Source of the DNA: Eledone cirrhosa
Lineage: Eukaryota
Direction: 5' to 3'
Length of the DNA stretch: 64,000 nucleotides
NCBI GenBank assembly: GCA_964016885.1
Contig: OZ024750.1
Span: 34,968,001 to 35,032,000 of the forward strand
Numbering within the stretch: position 1 is the first letter of the stretch; every line of letters begins with the position of its first letter. The notes under the pieces were generated by a model that was not told where the DNA came from, made no database searches, and was given only the letters and a program-made list of their open reading frames with translations. This document shows, piece after piece, positions 1 to 18,000 of this stretch. Both the position numbers and the translations under genes were made by a program.

Positions 1-3000
1 CATCTTGACTTGAACAACTACCACATCTTGACTTGACAACTACCACATCTTGACTTGAACAACTACCACATCTTGACTTGACAACCATCACACATCTTGA
101 CTTGAACAACTACCACATCTTGACTTGACAACTACCACATCTTGACTTGAACAACCACCACATCTTGACTTGAACAACTACCACATCTTGACTTGACAAC
201 TACCACATCTTGACTTGAACAACTACCACATCTTGACTTGACAACTACCACATCTTGACTTGAACAACCACCACATCTTGACTTGAACAACCACAACACA
301 TCTTGACTTGAACAATTACCACATCTTGACTTGAACAACTACAACTTCTTGACTTGAACAACCACCACATCTTGACTTGACAACTACCACATCTTGACTT
401 GAACAACCACCACATCTTGACTTGAACAACTACCACATCTTGACTTGACAACTACCACATCTTGACTTGAACAACTGCCACATCTTGACTTGACAACTAC
501 CACATCTTGACTTGACAACTACCACATCTTGACTTGACAACCACCACACATCTTGACTTGAACAACTACCACATCTTGACTTGACAACTACCACATCTTG
601 ACTTGAACAACCACCACATCTTGACTTGAAAACTACCACATCTTGACTTGAACAACTACCACATCTTGACTTGACAACCTCCACACATCTTGACTTGAAC
701 AACTACCACATCTTGACATGACAACTACCACATCTTGACTTGACAACCACCACACATCTTGACTTGAACAACTACCACATCTTGATTTGACAACTACCAC
801 ATCTTGACTTGAACAACTACCACATCTTGACTTGACAACCACCACACATCTTGACTTGAACAACTACCACATCTTGACTTGAACAACTACCACATCTTGA
901 CTTGACAACTACCACATCTTGACTTGAACAACTACAACATCTTGACTTGAACAACCACCACATCTTGACTTGACAACTACCACATCTTGACTTGAACAAC
1001 CACCACATCTTGACTTGAACAACTACCACATCTTGACTTGAACAACTACCACATCTTGACTTGACAACTACAACATCTTGACTTGAACAACCACCACATC
1101 TTGACTTGAACAACTGCCACACATCTTGACTTGAACAACTACCACATCTTGACTTGAACAACCACAACACATCTTGACTTGAACAATTACCACATCTTGA
1201 CTTGAACAACTACAACTTCTTGACTTGAACAACCACCACATCTTGACTTGACAACTACCACATCTTGACTTGAACAACCACCACATCTTGACTTGAACAA
1301 CTACCACATCTTGACTTGACAACTACCACATGTTGACTTGAACATCTGCCACATCTTGACTTGACAACTACCACATCTTGACATGAACAACTACCACATC
1401 TTGACTTGAAAAACAACGACATCTTGACTTGAACAACCACCACATCTTGATTTGAACAACTACCACATCTTGACTTGACAACTACCACATCTTGACTTGA
1501 ACAACCACCACATCTTGACTTGAACAACCACAACACATCTTGACTTGAACAATTACCACATCTTGACTTGAACAACTACAACTTCTTGACTTGAACAAAC
1601 ACCACATATTGACTTGACAACTACCACATCTTGACTTGAACAACCACCACATCTTGACTTGAACAACTACCACATCTTGACTTGAACAACTGCCACATCT
1701 TGACTTGACAACTACCACATCTTAACTTGAACAACCACCACACATCTTGACTTGAACAACTACCACATCTTGACATGACAACTACCACATCTTGACTTGA
1801 CAACCACCACACATCTTGACTTGAACAACTACCACATCTTGACTTGACAACTACCACATCTTGACTTGAACAACTACCACATCTTGACTTGACAACCACC
1901 ACACATCTTGACTTGAACAACTACCACATCTTGACTTGAACAACTACCACATCTTGACTTGACAACTACCACATCTTGACTTGAACAACTACAACATCTT
2001 GACTTGAACAACCACCACATCTTGACTTGACAACTACCACATCTTGACTTGAACAACCACCACATCTTGACTTGAACAACTACCACATCTTGACTTGACA
2101 AGTACCACATCTTGACTTGAACGACTGCCACATCTTGACTTGACAACTACCACATCTTGACTTGACAACTACCACATCTTGACTTGACAACCACCACACA
2201 TCTTGACTTGAACAACTACCACATCTTGACTTGACAACTACCACATCTTGACTTGACAACTACCACATCTTGACTTGAACAACTACAACATCTTGACTTG
2301 AACAACCACCACGTCTTGACTTGACAACTACCACATCTTGACTTGAACAACTGCCACATCTTGACTTGAACAACCACCACATCTTGACTTGAACAACCAC
2401 CACACATCTTGACTTGAACAACCACCACATCTTGACTTGACAATTACCACATCTTGACTTGAACAACTACCACATCTTGACTTGAACAACTACCACATCC
2501 TGACTTGAACAACTACCACATCTTGACTTGAACAACTACCACATGTTGACTTGAACAACTGCCACATCTTGACTTGACAACTACCACATCTTGACTTGAA
2601 CAACTACCACATCTTGACTTGAACAACCACCACATCTTGACTTGAACAACTACCACATCTTGACTTGACAACTACCACATGTTGACTTGAACATCTGCCA
2701 CATCTTGACTTGACAACTACCACATCTTGACATGAACAACTACCACATCTTGACTTGAAAAACAACGACATCTTGACTTGAACAACCACCACATCTTGAT
2801 TTGAACAACTACCACATCTTGACTTGACAACTACCACATCTTGACTTGAACAACCACCACATCTTGACTTGAACAACCACAACACATCTTGACTTGAACA
2901 ATTACCACATCTTGACTTGAACAACTACAACTTCTTGACTTGAACAAACACCACATATTGACTTGACAACTACCACATCTTGACTTGAACAACCACCACA

Positions 3001-6000
3001 TCTTGACTTGAACAACTACCACATCTTGACTTGAACAACTGCCACATCTTGACTTGACAACTACCACATCTTAACTTGAACAACCACCACATCTTGACTT
3101 GAACAACTACCACATATTGACTTGACAACTATCACATCTTGACTTGAACAACTACCACATCTTGACTTGACAACTATCACATCTTGACTTGAACAACTAC
3201 CACATCTTGACTTGAACAACTGCCTTATCTTGACTTGAAAACTACCACATCTTGACTTGACAACCACCACACATCTTGACTTGAACAACTACCACATCTT
3301 GACATGACAACTACCACATCTTGACTTGAACAACTACCACATCTTGACTTGACAACCACCACACATCTTGACTTGAACAACTACCACATCTTGACTTGAA
3401 CAACTACCACATCTTGACTTGACAACTACCACATCTTGACTTGAACAACTACAACATCTTGACTTGAACAACCACCACATCTTGACTTGACAACTACCAC
3501 ATCTTGACTTGAACAACCACCACATCTTGACTTGAACAACTACCACATCTTGACTTGACAACTACCACATCTTGACTTGAACGACTACAACTTCTTGACT
3601 TGAACAAACACCACATATTGACTTGACAACTACCACATCTTGACTTGAACAACCACCACATCTTGACTTGAACAACTACCACATCTTGACTTGAAAAACT
3701 GCCACATCTTGACTTGACAACTACCACATCTTAACTTGAACAACCACCACACATCTTGACTTGAACAACTACCACATCTTGACATGACAACTACCACATC
3801 TTGACTTGACAACCACCACACATCTTGACTTGAACAACTACCACATCTTGACTTGACAACTACCACATCTTGACTTGAACAACTACCACATCTTGACTTG
3901 ACAACCACCACACATCTTGACTTGAACAACTACCACATCTTGACTTGAACAACTACCACATCTTGACTTGACAACTACCACATCTTGACTTGAACAACTA
4001 CAACATCTTGACTTGAACAACCACCACATCTTGACTTGACAACTACCACATCTTGACTTGAACAACCACCACATCTTGACTTGAACAACTACCACATCTT
4101 GACTTGACAACTACCACATCTTGACTTGAACGACTGCCACATCTTGACTTGACAACTACCACATCTTGACTTGACAACTACCACATCTTGACTTGACAAC
4201 CACCACACATCTTGACTTGAACAACTACCACATCTTGACTTGACAACTACCACATCTTGACTTCACAACTACCACATCTTGACTTGAACAACTACAACAT
4301 CTTGACTTGAACAACCACCACGTCTTGACTTGACAACTACCACATCTTGACTTGAACAACTGCCACATCTTGACTTGAACAACCACCACATCTTGACTTG
4401 AACAACCACCACACATCTTGACTTGAACAACCACCACATCTTGACTTGACAATTACCACATCTTGACTTGAACAACTACCACATCTTGACTTGAACAACT
4501 ACCACATCCTGACTTGACAACTACCACATCTTGACTTGACAACTACCACATCTTGACTTGAACAACTACCACATCTTGACTTGAACAACTACCACATGTT
4601 GACTTGAACAACTGCCACATCTTGACTTGACAACTACAACATCTTGACTTGAACAACTACCACATCTTGACTTGAACAACCACCACATCTTGACTTGAAC
4701 AACTACCACATCTTGACTTGACAACTACCACATGTTGACTTGAACATCTGCCACATCTTGACTTGACAACTACCACATCTTGACATGAACAACTACCACA
4801 TCTTGACTTGAAAAACAACGACATCTTGACTTGAACAACCACCACATCTTGATTTGAACAACTACCACATCTTGACTTGACAACTACCACATCTTGACTT
4901 GAACAACCACCACATCTTGACTTGAACAACCACAACACATCTTGACTTGAACAATTACCACGTCTTGACTTGAACAACTACAACTTCTTGACTTGAACAA
5001 ACACCACATATTGACTTGACAATTACCACATCTTGACTTGAACAACCACCACATCTTGACTTGAACAACTACCACATCTTGACTTGAACAACTGCCACAT
5101 CTTGACTTGACAACTACCACATCTTAACTTGAACAACCACCACATCTTGACTTGAACAACTACCACATATTGACTTGACAACTATCACATCTTGACTTGA
5201 ACAACTACCACATCTTGACTTGACAACTATCACATCTTGACTTGAACAACTACCACATCTTGACTTGAACAACTGCCTTATCTTGACTTGAAAACTACCA
5301 CATCTTGACTTGACAACCACCACACATCTTGACTTGAACAACTACCACATCTTGACATGACAACTACCACATCTTGACTTGAACAACTACCACATCTTGA
5401 CTTGACAACCACCACACATCTTGACTTGAACAACTACCACATCTTGACTTGAACAACTACCACATCTTGACTTGACAACTACCACATCTTGACTTGAACA
5501 ACTACAACATCTTGACTTGAACAACCACCACATCTTGACTTGACAACTACCACATCTTGACTTGAACAACCACCACATCTTGACTTGAACAACTACCACA
5601 TCTTGACTTGACAACTACCACATCTTGACTTGAACGACTGCCACATCTTGACTTGACAACTACCACATCTTGACTTGACAACTACCACATCTTGACTTGA
5701 CAACCACCACACATCTTGACTTGAACAACCACCACGTCTTGACTTGACAACTACCACATCTTGACTTGAACAACTGCCACATCTTGACTTGAACAACCAC
5801 CACATCTTGACTTGAACAACCACCACACATCTTGACTTGAACAACCACCACATCTTGACTTGACAATTACCACATCTTGACTTGAACAACTACCACATCT
5901 TGACTTGAACAACTACCACATCCTGACTTGACAACTACCACATCTTGACTTGACAACTACCACATCTTGACTTGAACAACTACCACATCTTGACTTGAAC

Positions 6001-9000
6001 AACTACCACATGTTGACTTGAACAACTGCCACATCTTGACTTGACAACTACCACATCTTGACTTGAACAACTACCACATCTTGACTTGAACAACCACCAC
6101 ATCTTGACTTGAACAACTACCACATCTTGACTTGACAACTACCACATGTTGACTTGAACATCTGCCACATCTTGACTTGACAACTACCACATCTTGACAT
6201 GAACAACTACCACATCTTGACTTGAAAAACAACGACATCTTGACTTGAACAACCACCACATCTTGATTTGAACAACTACCACATCTTGACTTGACAACTA
6301 CCACATCTTGACTTGAACAACCACCACATCTTGACTTGAACAACCACAACACATCTTGACTTGAACAATTACCACATCTTGACTTGAACAACTACAACTT
6401 CTTGACTTGAACAAACACCACATATTGACTTGACAATTACCACATCTTGACTTGAACAACCACCACATCTTGACTTGAACAACTACCACATCTTGACTTG
6501 AACAACTGCCACATCTTGACTTGACAACTACCACATCTTAACTTGAACAACCACCACATCTTGACTTGAACAACTACCACATATTGACTTGACAACTATC
6601 ACATCTTGACTTGAACAACTACCACATCTTGACTTGACAACTATCACATCTTGACTTGAACAACTACCACATCTTGACTTGAACAACTGCCTTATCTTGA
6701 CTTGAAAATTACCACATCTTGACTTGACAACCACCACACATCTTGACTTGAACAACTACCACATCTTGACATGACAACTACCACATCTTGACTTGAACAA
6801 CTACCACATCTTGACTTGACAACCACCACACATCTTGACTTGAACAACTACCACATCTTGACTTGAACAACTACCACATCTTGACTTGACAACTACCACA
6901 TCTTGACTTGAACAACTACAACATCTTGACTTGAACAACCACCACATCTTGACTTGACAACTACCACATCTTGACTTGAACAACCACCACATCTTGACTT
7001 GAACAACTACCACATCTTGACTTGACAACTACCACATCTTGACTTGAACGACTGCCACATCTTGACTTGACAACTACCACATCTTGACTTGACAACTACC
7101 ACATCTTGACTTGACAACCACCACACATCTTGACTTGAACAACTACCACATCTTGACTTGACAACTACCACATCTTGACTTGACAACTACCACATCTTGA
7201 CTTGAACAACTACAACATCTTGACTTGAACAACCACCACGTCTTGACTTGACAACTACCACATCTTGACTTGAACAACTGCCACATCTTGACTTGAACAA
7301 CCACCACATCTTGACTTGAACAACCACCACACATCTTGACTTGAACAACCACCACATCTTGACTTGACAATTACCACATCTTGACTTGAACAACTACCAC
7401 ATCTTGACTTGAACAACTACCACATCCTGACTTGACAACTACCACATCTTGACTTGACAACTACCACATCTTGACTTGAACAACTACCACATCTTGACTT
7501 GAACAACTACCACATGTTGACTTGAACAACTGCCACATCTTGACTTGACAACTACCACATCTTGACTTGAACAACTACCACATCTTGACTTGAAAAACCA
7601 CCACATCTTGACTTGAACAACCACCACATCTTGACTTGAACAACCACCACATCTTGACTTGAACAACCACAACACATCTTGACTTGAACAACTACCACAT
7701 CTTGACTTGAACAACTGCCACATCTTGACTTGACAACTACCACTTCTTCACTTGAACAACTACCACATCTTAACTTGAACAACTACCACATCTTGACTTG
7801 ACAACTATCACATCTTGACTTGAACAACTACCACATCTTGACTTGAACAACTGCCACATCTTGACTTGACAACTACCACATCTTGACTTGAACAACTACC
7901 ACATCTTGACTTGAAAAACAACCACATCTTGACTTGAACAACCACCACATCTTGACTTGAACAACTATCACATCTCGACTTGAACAACCACCACATCTTG
8001 ACTTGAACAACCACCACATCTTGACTTGAACAACTACCACATCTTGACTTGAACAACCACCACATCTTGACTTGAACAACTACCACATCTTGACTTGACA
8101 ACTACCACATCTTGACTTGAACAACTGCCACATCTTGACTTGACAACTACCACATCTTGACTTGACAACTACCACATCTTGACTTGACAACCACCACACA
8201 TCTTGACTTGAACAACTACCACATCTTGACTTGACAACTACCACATCTTGACTTGAACAACCACCACATCTTGACTTGAAAACTACCACATCTTGACTTG
8301 AACAACTACCACATCTTGACTTGACAACCACCACACATCTTGACTTGAACAACTACCACATCTTGACATGACAACTACCACATCTTGACTTGACAACCAC
8401 CACACATCTTGACTTGAACAACTACCACATCTTGACTTGACAACTACCACATCTTGACTTGAACAACTACCACATCTTGACTTGACAACCACCACACATC
8501 TTGACTTGAACAACTACCACATCTTGACTTGAACAACTACCACATCTTGACTTGACAACTACCACATCTTGACTTGAACAACTACAACATCTTGACTTGA
8601 ACAACCACCACATCTTGACTTGACAACTACCACATCTTGACTTGAACAACCACCACATCTTGACTTGAACAACTACCACATCTTGACTTGAACAACTACC
8701 ACATCTTGACTTGACAACTACAACATCTTGACTTGAACAACCACCACATCTTGACTTGAACAACTGCCACACATCTTGACTTGAACAACTACCACATCTT
8801 GACTTGAACAACCACAACACATCTTGACTTGAACAATTACCACATCTTGACTTGAACAACTCCAACTTCTTGACTTGAACAACCACCACATCTTGACTTG
8901 ACAACTACCACATCTTGACTTGAACAACCACCACATCTTGACTTGAACAACTACCACATCTTGACTTGACAACTACCACATCTTGACTTGAACAACTGCC

Positions 9001-12000
9001 ACATCTTGACCTGACAACTACCACATCTAGACTTGAACAACTACCACATGTTGACTTGAACAACTGCCACATCTTGACTTGACAACTACCACATCTTGAC
9101 TTGAACAACTACCACATCTTGACTTGAAAAACAACGACATCTTGACTTGAACAACCACCACATCTTGACTTGAACAACTACCACATCTTGACTTGACAAC
9201 TATCACATCTTGACTTGACAACCACCACACATCTTGACTTGAACAACTACCACATCTTGACTTGACAACTACCACATCTTGACTTGAACAACTACCACAT
9301 CTTGACTTGACAACCACCACACATCTTGACTTCAACAACTACCACATCTTAACTTGAACAACTACAACTTCTTGACTTGAACAACCACCACATCTTGACT
9401 TGACAACTACCACATCTTGACTTGACAACTACCACATCTTGACTTGAACAACTGCCACATCTTGACTTGACAACTACCACATCTTGACTTGACAACTACC
9501 ACATCTTGACTTGAAAACCACCACACATCTTGACTTGAACAACTACCACATCTTGACTTGACAACTACCACATCTTGACTTGAACAACTACCACATCTTG
9601 ACTTGACAACCACCACACATCTTGACTTCAACAACTACCACATCTTGACTTGACAACTACCTCATCTTGACTTGAACAACCACCACATCTTGACTTGAAA
9701 ACTACCACATCTTGACTTGAACAACTACCACATCTTGACTTGACAACCACCACACATCTTGACTTGAACAACTACCACATCTTGACATGACAACTACCAC
9801 ATCTTGACTTGACAACCACCACACATCTTGACTTGAACAACTACCACATCCTGACTTGACAACTATCACATCTTGACTTGAACAACTACCACATCTTGAC
9901 TTGACAACCACCACACATCTTGACTTGAACAACTACCACATCTTGACTTGAACAACTACCACATCTTGACTTGACAACTACCACATCTTGACTTGAACAA
10001 CTGCCACATCTTGACTTGACAACTACCACATCTTAACTTGAACAACCACCACATCTTGACTTGAACAACTACCACATATTGACTTGACAACTATCACATC
10101 TTGACTTGAACAACTACCACATCTTGACTTGACAACTATCACATCTTGACTTGAACAACTACCACATCTTGACTTGAACAACTGCCTTATCTTGACTTGA
10201 AAATTACCACATCTTGACTTGACAACCACCACACATCTTGACTTGAACAACTACCACATCTTGACATGACAACTACCACATCTTGACTTGAACAACTACC
10301 ACATCTTGACTTGACAACCACCACACATCTTGACTTGAACAACTACCACATCTTGACTTGAACAACTACCACATCTTGACTTGACAACTACCACATCTTG
10401 ACTTGAACAACTACAACATCTTGACTTGAACAACCACCACATCTTGACTTGACAACTACCACATCTTGACTTGAACAACCACCACATCTTGACTTGAACA
10501 ACTACCACATCTTGACTTGACAACTACCACATCTTGACTTGAACGACTGCCACATCTTGACTTGACAACTACCACATCTTGACTTGACAACTACCACATC
10601 TTGACTTGACAACCACCACACATCTTGACTTGAACAACTACCACATCTTGACTTGACAACTACCACATCTTGACTTGACAACTACCACATCTTGACTTGA
10701 ACAACTACAACATCTTGACTTGAACAACCACCACGTCTTGACTTGACAACTACCACATCTTGACTTGAACAACTGCCACATCTTGACTTGAACAACCACC
10801 ACATCTTGACTTGAACAACCACCACACATCTTGACTTGAACAACCACCACATCTTGACTTGACAATTACCACATCTTGACTTGAACAACTACCACATCTT
10901 GACTTGAACAACTACCACATCCTGACTTGACAACTACCACATCTTGACTTGACAACTACCACATCTTGACTTGAACAACTACCACATCTTGACTTGAACA
11001 ACTACCACATGTTGACTTGAACAACTGCCACATCTTGACTTGACAACTACCACATCTTGACTTGAACAACTACCACATCTTGACTTGAAAAACCACCACA
11101 TCTTGACTTGAACAACCACCACATCTTGACTTGAACAACCACCACATCTTGACTTGAACAACCACAACACATCTTGACTTGAACAACTACCACATCTTGA
11201 CTTGAACAACTGCCACATCTTGACTTGACAACTACCACTTCTTCACTTGAACAACTACCACATCTTAACTTGAACAACTACCACATCTTGACTTGACAAC
11301 TATCACATCTTGACTTGAACAACTACCACATCTTGACTTGAACAACTGCCACATCTTGACTTGACAACTACCACAGCTTGACTTGAACAACTACCACATC
11401 TTGACTTGAAAAACAACCACATCTTGACTTGAACAACCACCACATCTTGACTTGAACAACTATCACATCTCGACTTGAACAACCACCACATCTTGACTTG
11501 AACAACCACCACATCTTGACTTGAACAACTACCACATCTTGACTTGAACAACCACCACATCTTGACTTGAACAACTACCACATCTTGACTTGACAACTAC
11601 CACATCTTGACTTGAACAACTGCCACATCTTGACTTGACAACTACCACATCTTGACTTGACAACTACCACATCTTGACTTGACAACCACCACACATCTTG
11701 ACTTGAACAACTACCACATCTTGACTTGACAACTACCACATCTTGACTTGAACAACCACCACATCTTGACTTGAAAACTACCACATCTTGACTTGAACAA
11801 CTACCACATCTTGACTTGACAACCACCACACATCTTGACTTGAACAACTACCACATCTTGACATGACAACTACCACATCTTGACTTGACAACCACCACAC
11901 ATCTTGACTTGAACAACTACCACATCTTGACTTGACAACTACCACATCTTGACTTGAACAACTACCACATCTTGACTTGACAACCACCACACATCTTGAC

Positions 12001-15000
12001 TTGAACAACTACCACATCTTGACTTGAACAACTACCACATCTTGACTTGACAACTACCACATCTTGACTTGAACAACTACAACATCTTGACTTGAACAAC
12101 CACCACATCTTGACTTGACAACTACCACATCTTGACTTGAACAACCACCACATCTTGACTTGAACAACTACCACATCTTGACTTGAACAACTACCACATC
12201 TTGACTTGACAACTACAACATCTTGACTTGAACAACCACCACATCTTGACTTGAACAACTGCCACACATCTTGACTTGAACAACTACCACATCTTGACTT
12301 GAACAACCACAACACATCTTGACTTGAACAATTACCACATCTTGACTTGAACAACTCCAACTTCTTGACTTGAACAACCACCACATCTTGACTTGACAAC
12401 TACCACATCTTGACTTGAACAACCACCACATCTTGACTTGAACAACTACCACATCTTGACTTGACAACTACCACATCTTGACTTGAACAACTGCCACATC
12501 TTGACCTGACAACTACCACATCTAGACTTGAACAACTACCACATGTTGACTTGAACAACTGCCACATCTTGACTTGACAACTACCACATCTTGACTTGAA
12601 CAACTACCACATCTTGACTTGAAAAACAACGACATCTTGACTTGAACAACCACCACATCTTGACTTGAACAACTACCACATCTTGACTTGACAACTATCA
12701 CATCTTGACTTGACAACCACCACACATCTTGACTTGAACAACTACCACATCTTGACTTGACAACTACCACATCTTGACTTGAACAACTACCACATCTTGA
12801 CTTGACAACCACCACACATCTTGACTTCAACAACTACCACATCTTAACTTGAACAACTACAACTTCTTGACTTGAACAACCACCACATCTTGACTTGACA
12901 ACTACCACATCTTGACTTGACAACTACCACATCTTGACTTGAACAACTGCCACATCTTGACTTGACAACTACCACATCTTGACTTGACAACTACCACATC
13001 TTGACTTGAAAACCACCACACATCTTGACTTGAACAACTACCACATCTTGACTTGACAACTACCACATCTTGACTTGAACAACTACCACATCTTGACTTG
13101 ACAACCACCACACATCTTGACTTCAACAACTACCACATCTTGACTTGACAACTACCTCATCTTGACTTGAACAACCACCACATCTTGACTTGAAAACTAC
13201 CACATCTTGACTTGAACAACTACCACATCTTGACTTGACAACCACCACACATCTTGACTTGAACAACTACCACATCTTGACATGACAACTACCACATCTT
13301 GACTTGACAACCACCACACATCTTGACTTGAACAACTACCACATCTTGACTTGACAACTATCACATCTTGACTTGAACAACTACCACATCTTGACTTGAC
13401 AACCACCACACATCTTGACTTGAACAACTACCACATCTTGACTTGAACAACTACCACATCTTGACTTGACAACTACCACATCTTGACTTGAACAACTACA
13501 ACATCTTGACTTGAACAACCACCATATCTTGACTTGACAACTACCACATCTTGACTTGAACAACCACCACATCTTGACTTGAACAACTACCACATCTTGA
13601 CTTGACAACTACCACATCTTGACTTGAACAACTACCACATCTTGACTTGACAACTACCACATCTTGACTTGAACAACCACAACACATCTTGACTTGAACA
13701 ATTACCACATCTTGACTTGAACAACTACAACTTCTTGACTTGAACAACCACCACATCTTGACTTGACAACTACCACATCTTGACTTGAACAACCACCACA
13801 TCTTGACTTGAACAACTACCACATCTTGACTTGACAACTACCACATCTTGACTTGAACAACTGCCACATCTTGACTTGACAACTACCACATCTTGACTTG
13901 AACAACTACCACATGTTGACTTGAACAACTGCCACATCTTGACTTGACAACTACCACATCTTGACTTGAACAACCACCACATCTTGACTTGAACAACTAC
14001 CACATCTTGACTTGACAACTATCACATCTTGACTTGAACAACTACCACATCTTGACTTGAACAACTGCCATATCTTGACTTGAACAACTACCACATCTTG
14101 ACTTGAAAAACCACCACATCTTGACTTGAACAACCACCACATCTTGACTTGAACAACTATCACATCTTGACTTGAACAACCACCACATCTTGACTTGAAC
14201 AACCACCACATCTTGACTTGAACAACTATCAAATCTTGACTTGAACAACCACCACATCTTGACTTGAACATCTACCACATCTTGACTTGAACAACTACCA
14301 CATCTTGACTTGAACAACCACCACATCTTGACTTGACAACTACCACATCTTGACTTGAACAACCACCACATCTTGACTTGAACAACTACCACATCTTGAC
14401 TTGACAACTATCACATCTTGACTTGAACAATTACCACATCTTGACTTGAACAACTGCCACATCTTGACTTGTACAACTACCACATCTGGACTTGAACAAC
14501 TACCACATCTTGACTTGAAAAACCACCACATCTTGACTTGAACAACTACCACATCTTGACTTGAACAACCACCACATCTTGACTTGAAAAACCACCACAT
14601 CTTGACTTGAACAACTACCACATCTTGACTTGAACAACTGCCACATCTTGACTTGAACAACTACCACATCTTGACTTGAACAACTACCACATCTTGACTT
14701 GAAAAACCACCACATCTTGACTTGAACAACTACCACATATTGACTTGAACAACTGCCACATCTTGACTTGACATCCACCACATCTTGACTTGAACAACCA
14801 CCACATCTTGACTTGACAACTACCACATCTTGACTTGAACAACTATTGCATCTTGACTTGACAACTACCACATCTTGACTTGAACAACCACCACATCTTG
14901 ACTTGAAAACTACCACATCTTGACTTGAACAACTACCAAATCTTGACTTGACAACCACCACACATCTTGACTTGAACAACTACCACATCTTGACTTGACA

Positions 15001-18000
15001 ACTACCACATCTTGACTTGACAACTACCACATCTTGACTTGAACAACTACAACATCTTGACTTGAACAACCACCACGTCTTGACTTGACAACTACCACAT
15101 CTTGACTTGAACAACTGCCACATCTTGACTTGAACAACCACCACATCTTGACTTGAACAACCACCACACATCTTGACTTGAACAACCACCACATCTTGAC
15201 TTGACAATTACCACATCTTGACTTGAACAACTACCACATCTTGACTTGAACAACTACCACATCCTCACTTGACAACTACCACATCTTGACTTGACAACTA
15301 CCACATCTTGACTTGAACAACTACCACATCTTGACTTGAACAACTACCACATGTTGACTTGAACAACTGCCACATCTTGACTTGACAACTACCACATCTT
15401 GACTTGAACAACTACCACATCTTGACTTGAACAACTACCACATCTTGACTTGACAACTACAACATCTTGACTTGAACAACCACCACATCTTGACTTGAAC
15501 AACTGCCACACATCTTGACTTGAACAACTACCACATCTTGACTTGAACAACCACAACACATCTTGACTTGAACAATTACCACATCTTGACTTGAACAACT
15601 CCAACTTCTTGACTTGAACAACCACCACATCTTGACTTGACAACTACCACATCTTGACTTGAACAACCACCACATCTTGACTTGAACAACTACCACATCT
15701 TGACTTGACAACTACCACATCTTGACTTGAACAACTGCCACATCTTGACTTGACAACTACCACATCTTGACTTGAACAACTACCACATGTTGACTTGAAC
15801 AACTGCCACATCTTGACTTGACAACTACCACATCTTGACTTGAACAACTACCACATCTTGACTTGAAAAACAACGACATCTTGACTTGAACAACCACCAC
15901 ATCTTGACTTGAACAACTACCACATCTTGACTTGACAACTATCACATCTTCACTTGATCAACTACAACATCTTGACTTGACAACTACCACATCTTGACTT
16001 GAACAACTACCACATCTTGACTTGACAACTACCACATCTTGACTTGAACAACCACAACATCTTGACTGGAACAATTACCACATCTTGACTTGAACAACTA
16101 CAACTTCTTGACTTGAACAACCAACACATCTTGACTTGACAACTACCACATCATGACTTGACAACTACCACATCTTGACTTGAACAACTGCCACATCTTG
16201 ACTTGACAACTACCACATCTTGACTTGACAACTACCACATCTTGACTTGACAACCACCACACATCTTGACATGAACAACTACCACATCTTGACTTGACAA
16301 CTACCACATCTTGACTTGAACAACTACCACATCTTGACTTGACAACCACCACACATCTTGACTTGAACAACTACCACATCTTGACTTGACAACTACCACA
16401 TCTTGACTTGAACAACCACCACATCTTGACTTGAAAACTACCACATCTTGACTTGAACAACTACCACATCTTGACTTGACAACCACCACACATCTTGACT
16501 TGAACAACTACCACATCTTGACATGACAACTACCACATCTTGACTTGACAACCACCACACATCTTGTCTTGAACAACTACCACATCTTGACATGAACAAC
16601 TACCAAATCTTGACTTGACAACCACCACACATCTTGACTTGAACAACTACCACATCTTGACTTGATAACTACCACATCTTGACTTGACAACTACCACATC
16701 TTGACTTGAACAACTACAACATCTTGACTTGAACAACCACCACGTCTTGACTTGACAACTACCACATCTTGACTTGAACAACTGCCACATCTTGACTTGA
16801 ACAACCACCACATCTTGACTTGAACAACCACCACACATCTTGACTTGAACAACCACCACATCTTGACTTGACAATTACCACATCTTGACTTGAACAACTA
16901 CCACATCTTGACTTGAACAACTACCACATCCTGACTTGACAACTACCACATCTTGACTTGACAACTACCACATCTTGACTTGAACAACTACCACATCTTG
17001 ACTTGAACAACTACCACATGTTGACTTGAACAACTGCCACATCTTGACTTGACAACTACCACATCTTGACTTGAACAACTACCACATCTTGACTTGAAAA
17101 ACCACCACATCTTGACTTGAACAACCACCACATCTTGACTTGAACAACCACCACATCTTGGCTTGACAACTATCACATCTTGACTTGAACAACTACCACA
17201 TCTTGACTTGAACAACTGCCACATCTTGACTTGACAACTACCACTTCTTGACTTGAACAACTACCACATCTTAACTTGAACAACTACCACATCTTGACTT
17301 GACAACTATCACATCTTGACTTGAACAACTACCACATCTTGCCTTGAACAACTGCCACATCTTGACTTGACAACTACCACATCTTGACTTGAACAACTAC
17401 CACATCTTGACTTGAAAAACCACCACATCTTGACTTGAACAACCACCACATCTTGACTTGAACAACTATCACATCTCGACTTGAACAACCACCACATCTT
17501 GACTTGAACAACCACCACATCTTGACTTGAACAACTATCACATCTTGACTTGAACAACCACCACATCTTGACTTGAACATCTACCACATCTTGACTTGAA
17601 CAACTACCACATCTTGACTTGAAAAACCACCACATCTTGACTTGAACAACCACCACATCTTGACTTGAACAACCACCACATCTTGACTTGAACAACTATC
17701 ACATCTTGACTTGAACAACTACCACATCTTGACTTGAACAACTGCCACATCTTGACTTGACAACTACCACATCTTGACTTGAACAACTACCAAATCTTGA
17801 CTTGAAAAACCAACACATCTTGACTTGAACAACCACCACATCTTGACTTGAACAACTATCACATCTCGACTTGAACAACTACCACATCTTGACTTGAACA
17901 ACCACCAGATCTTGACTTGAACAACTATCACATCTTGACTTCAACAACCACCACATCTTGACTTGAACATCTACCACATCTTGACTTGAACAACTACCAC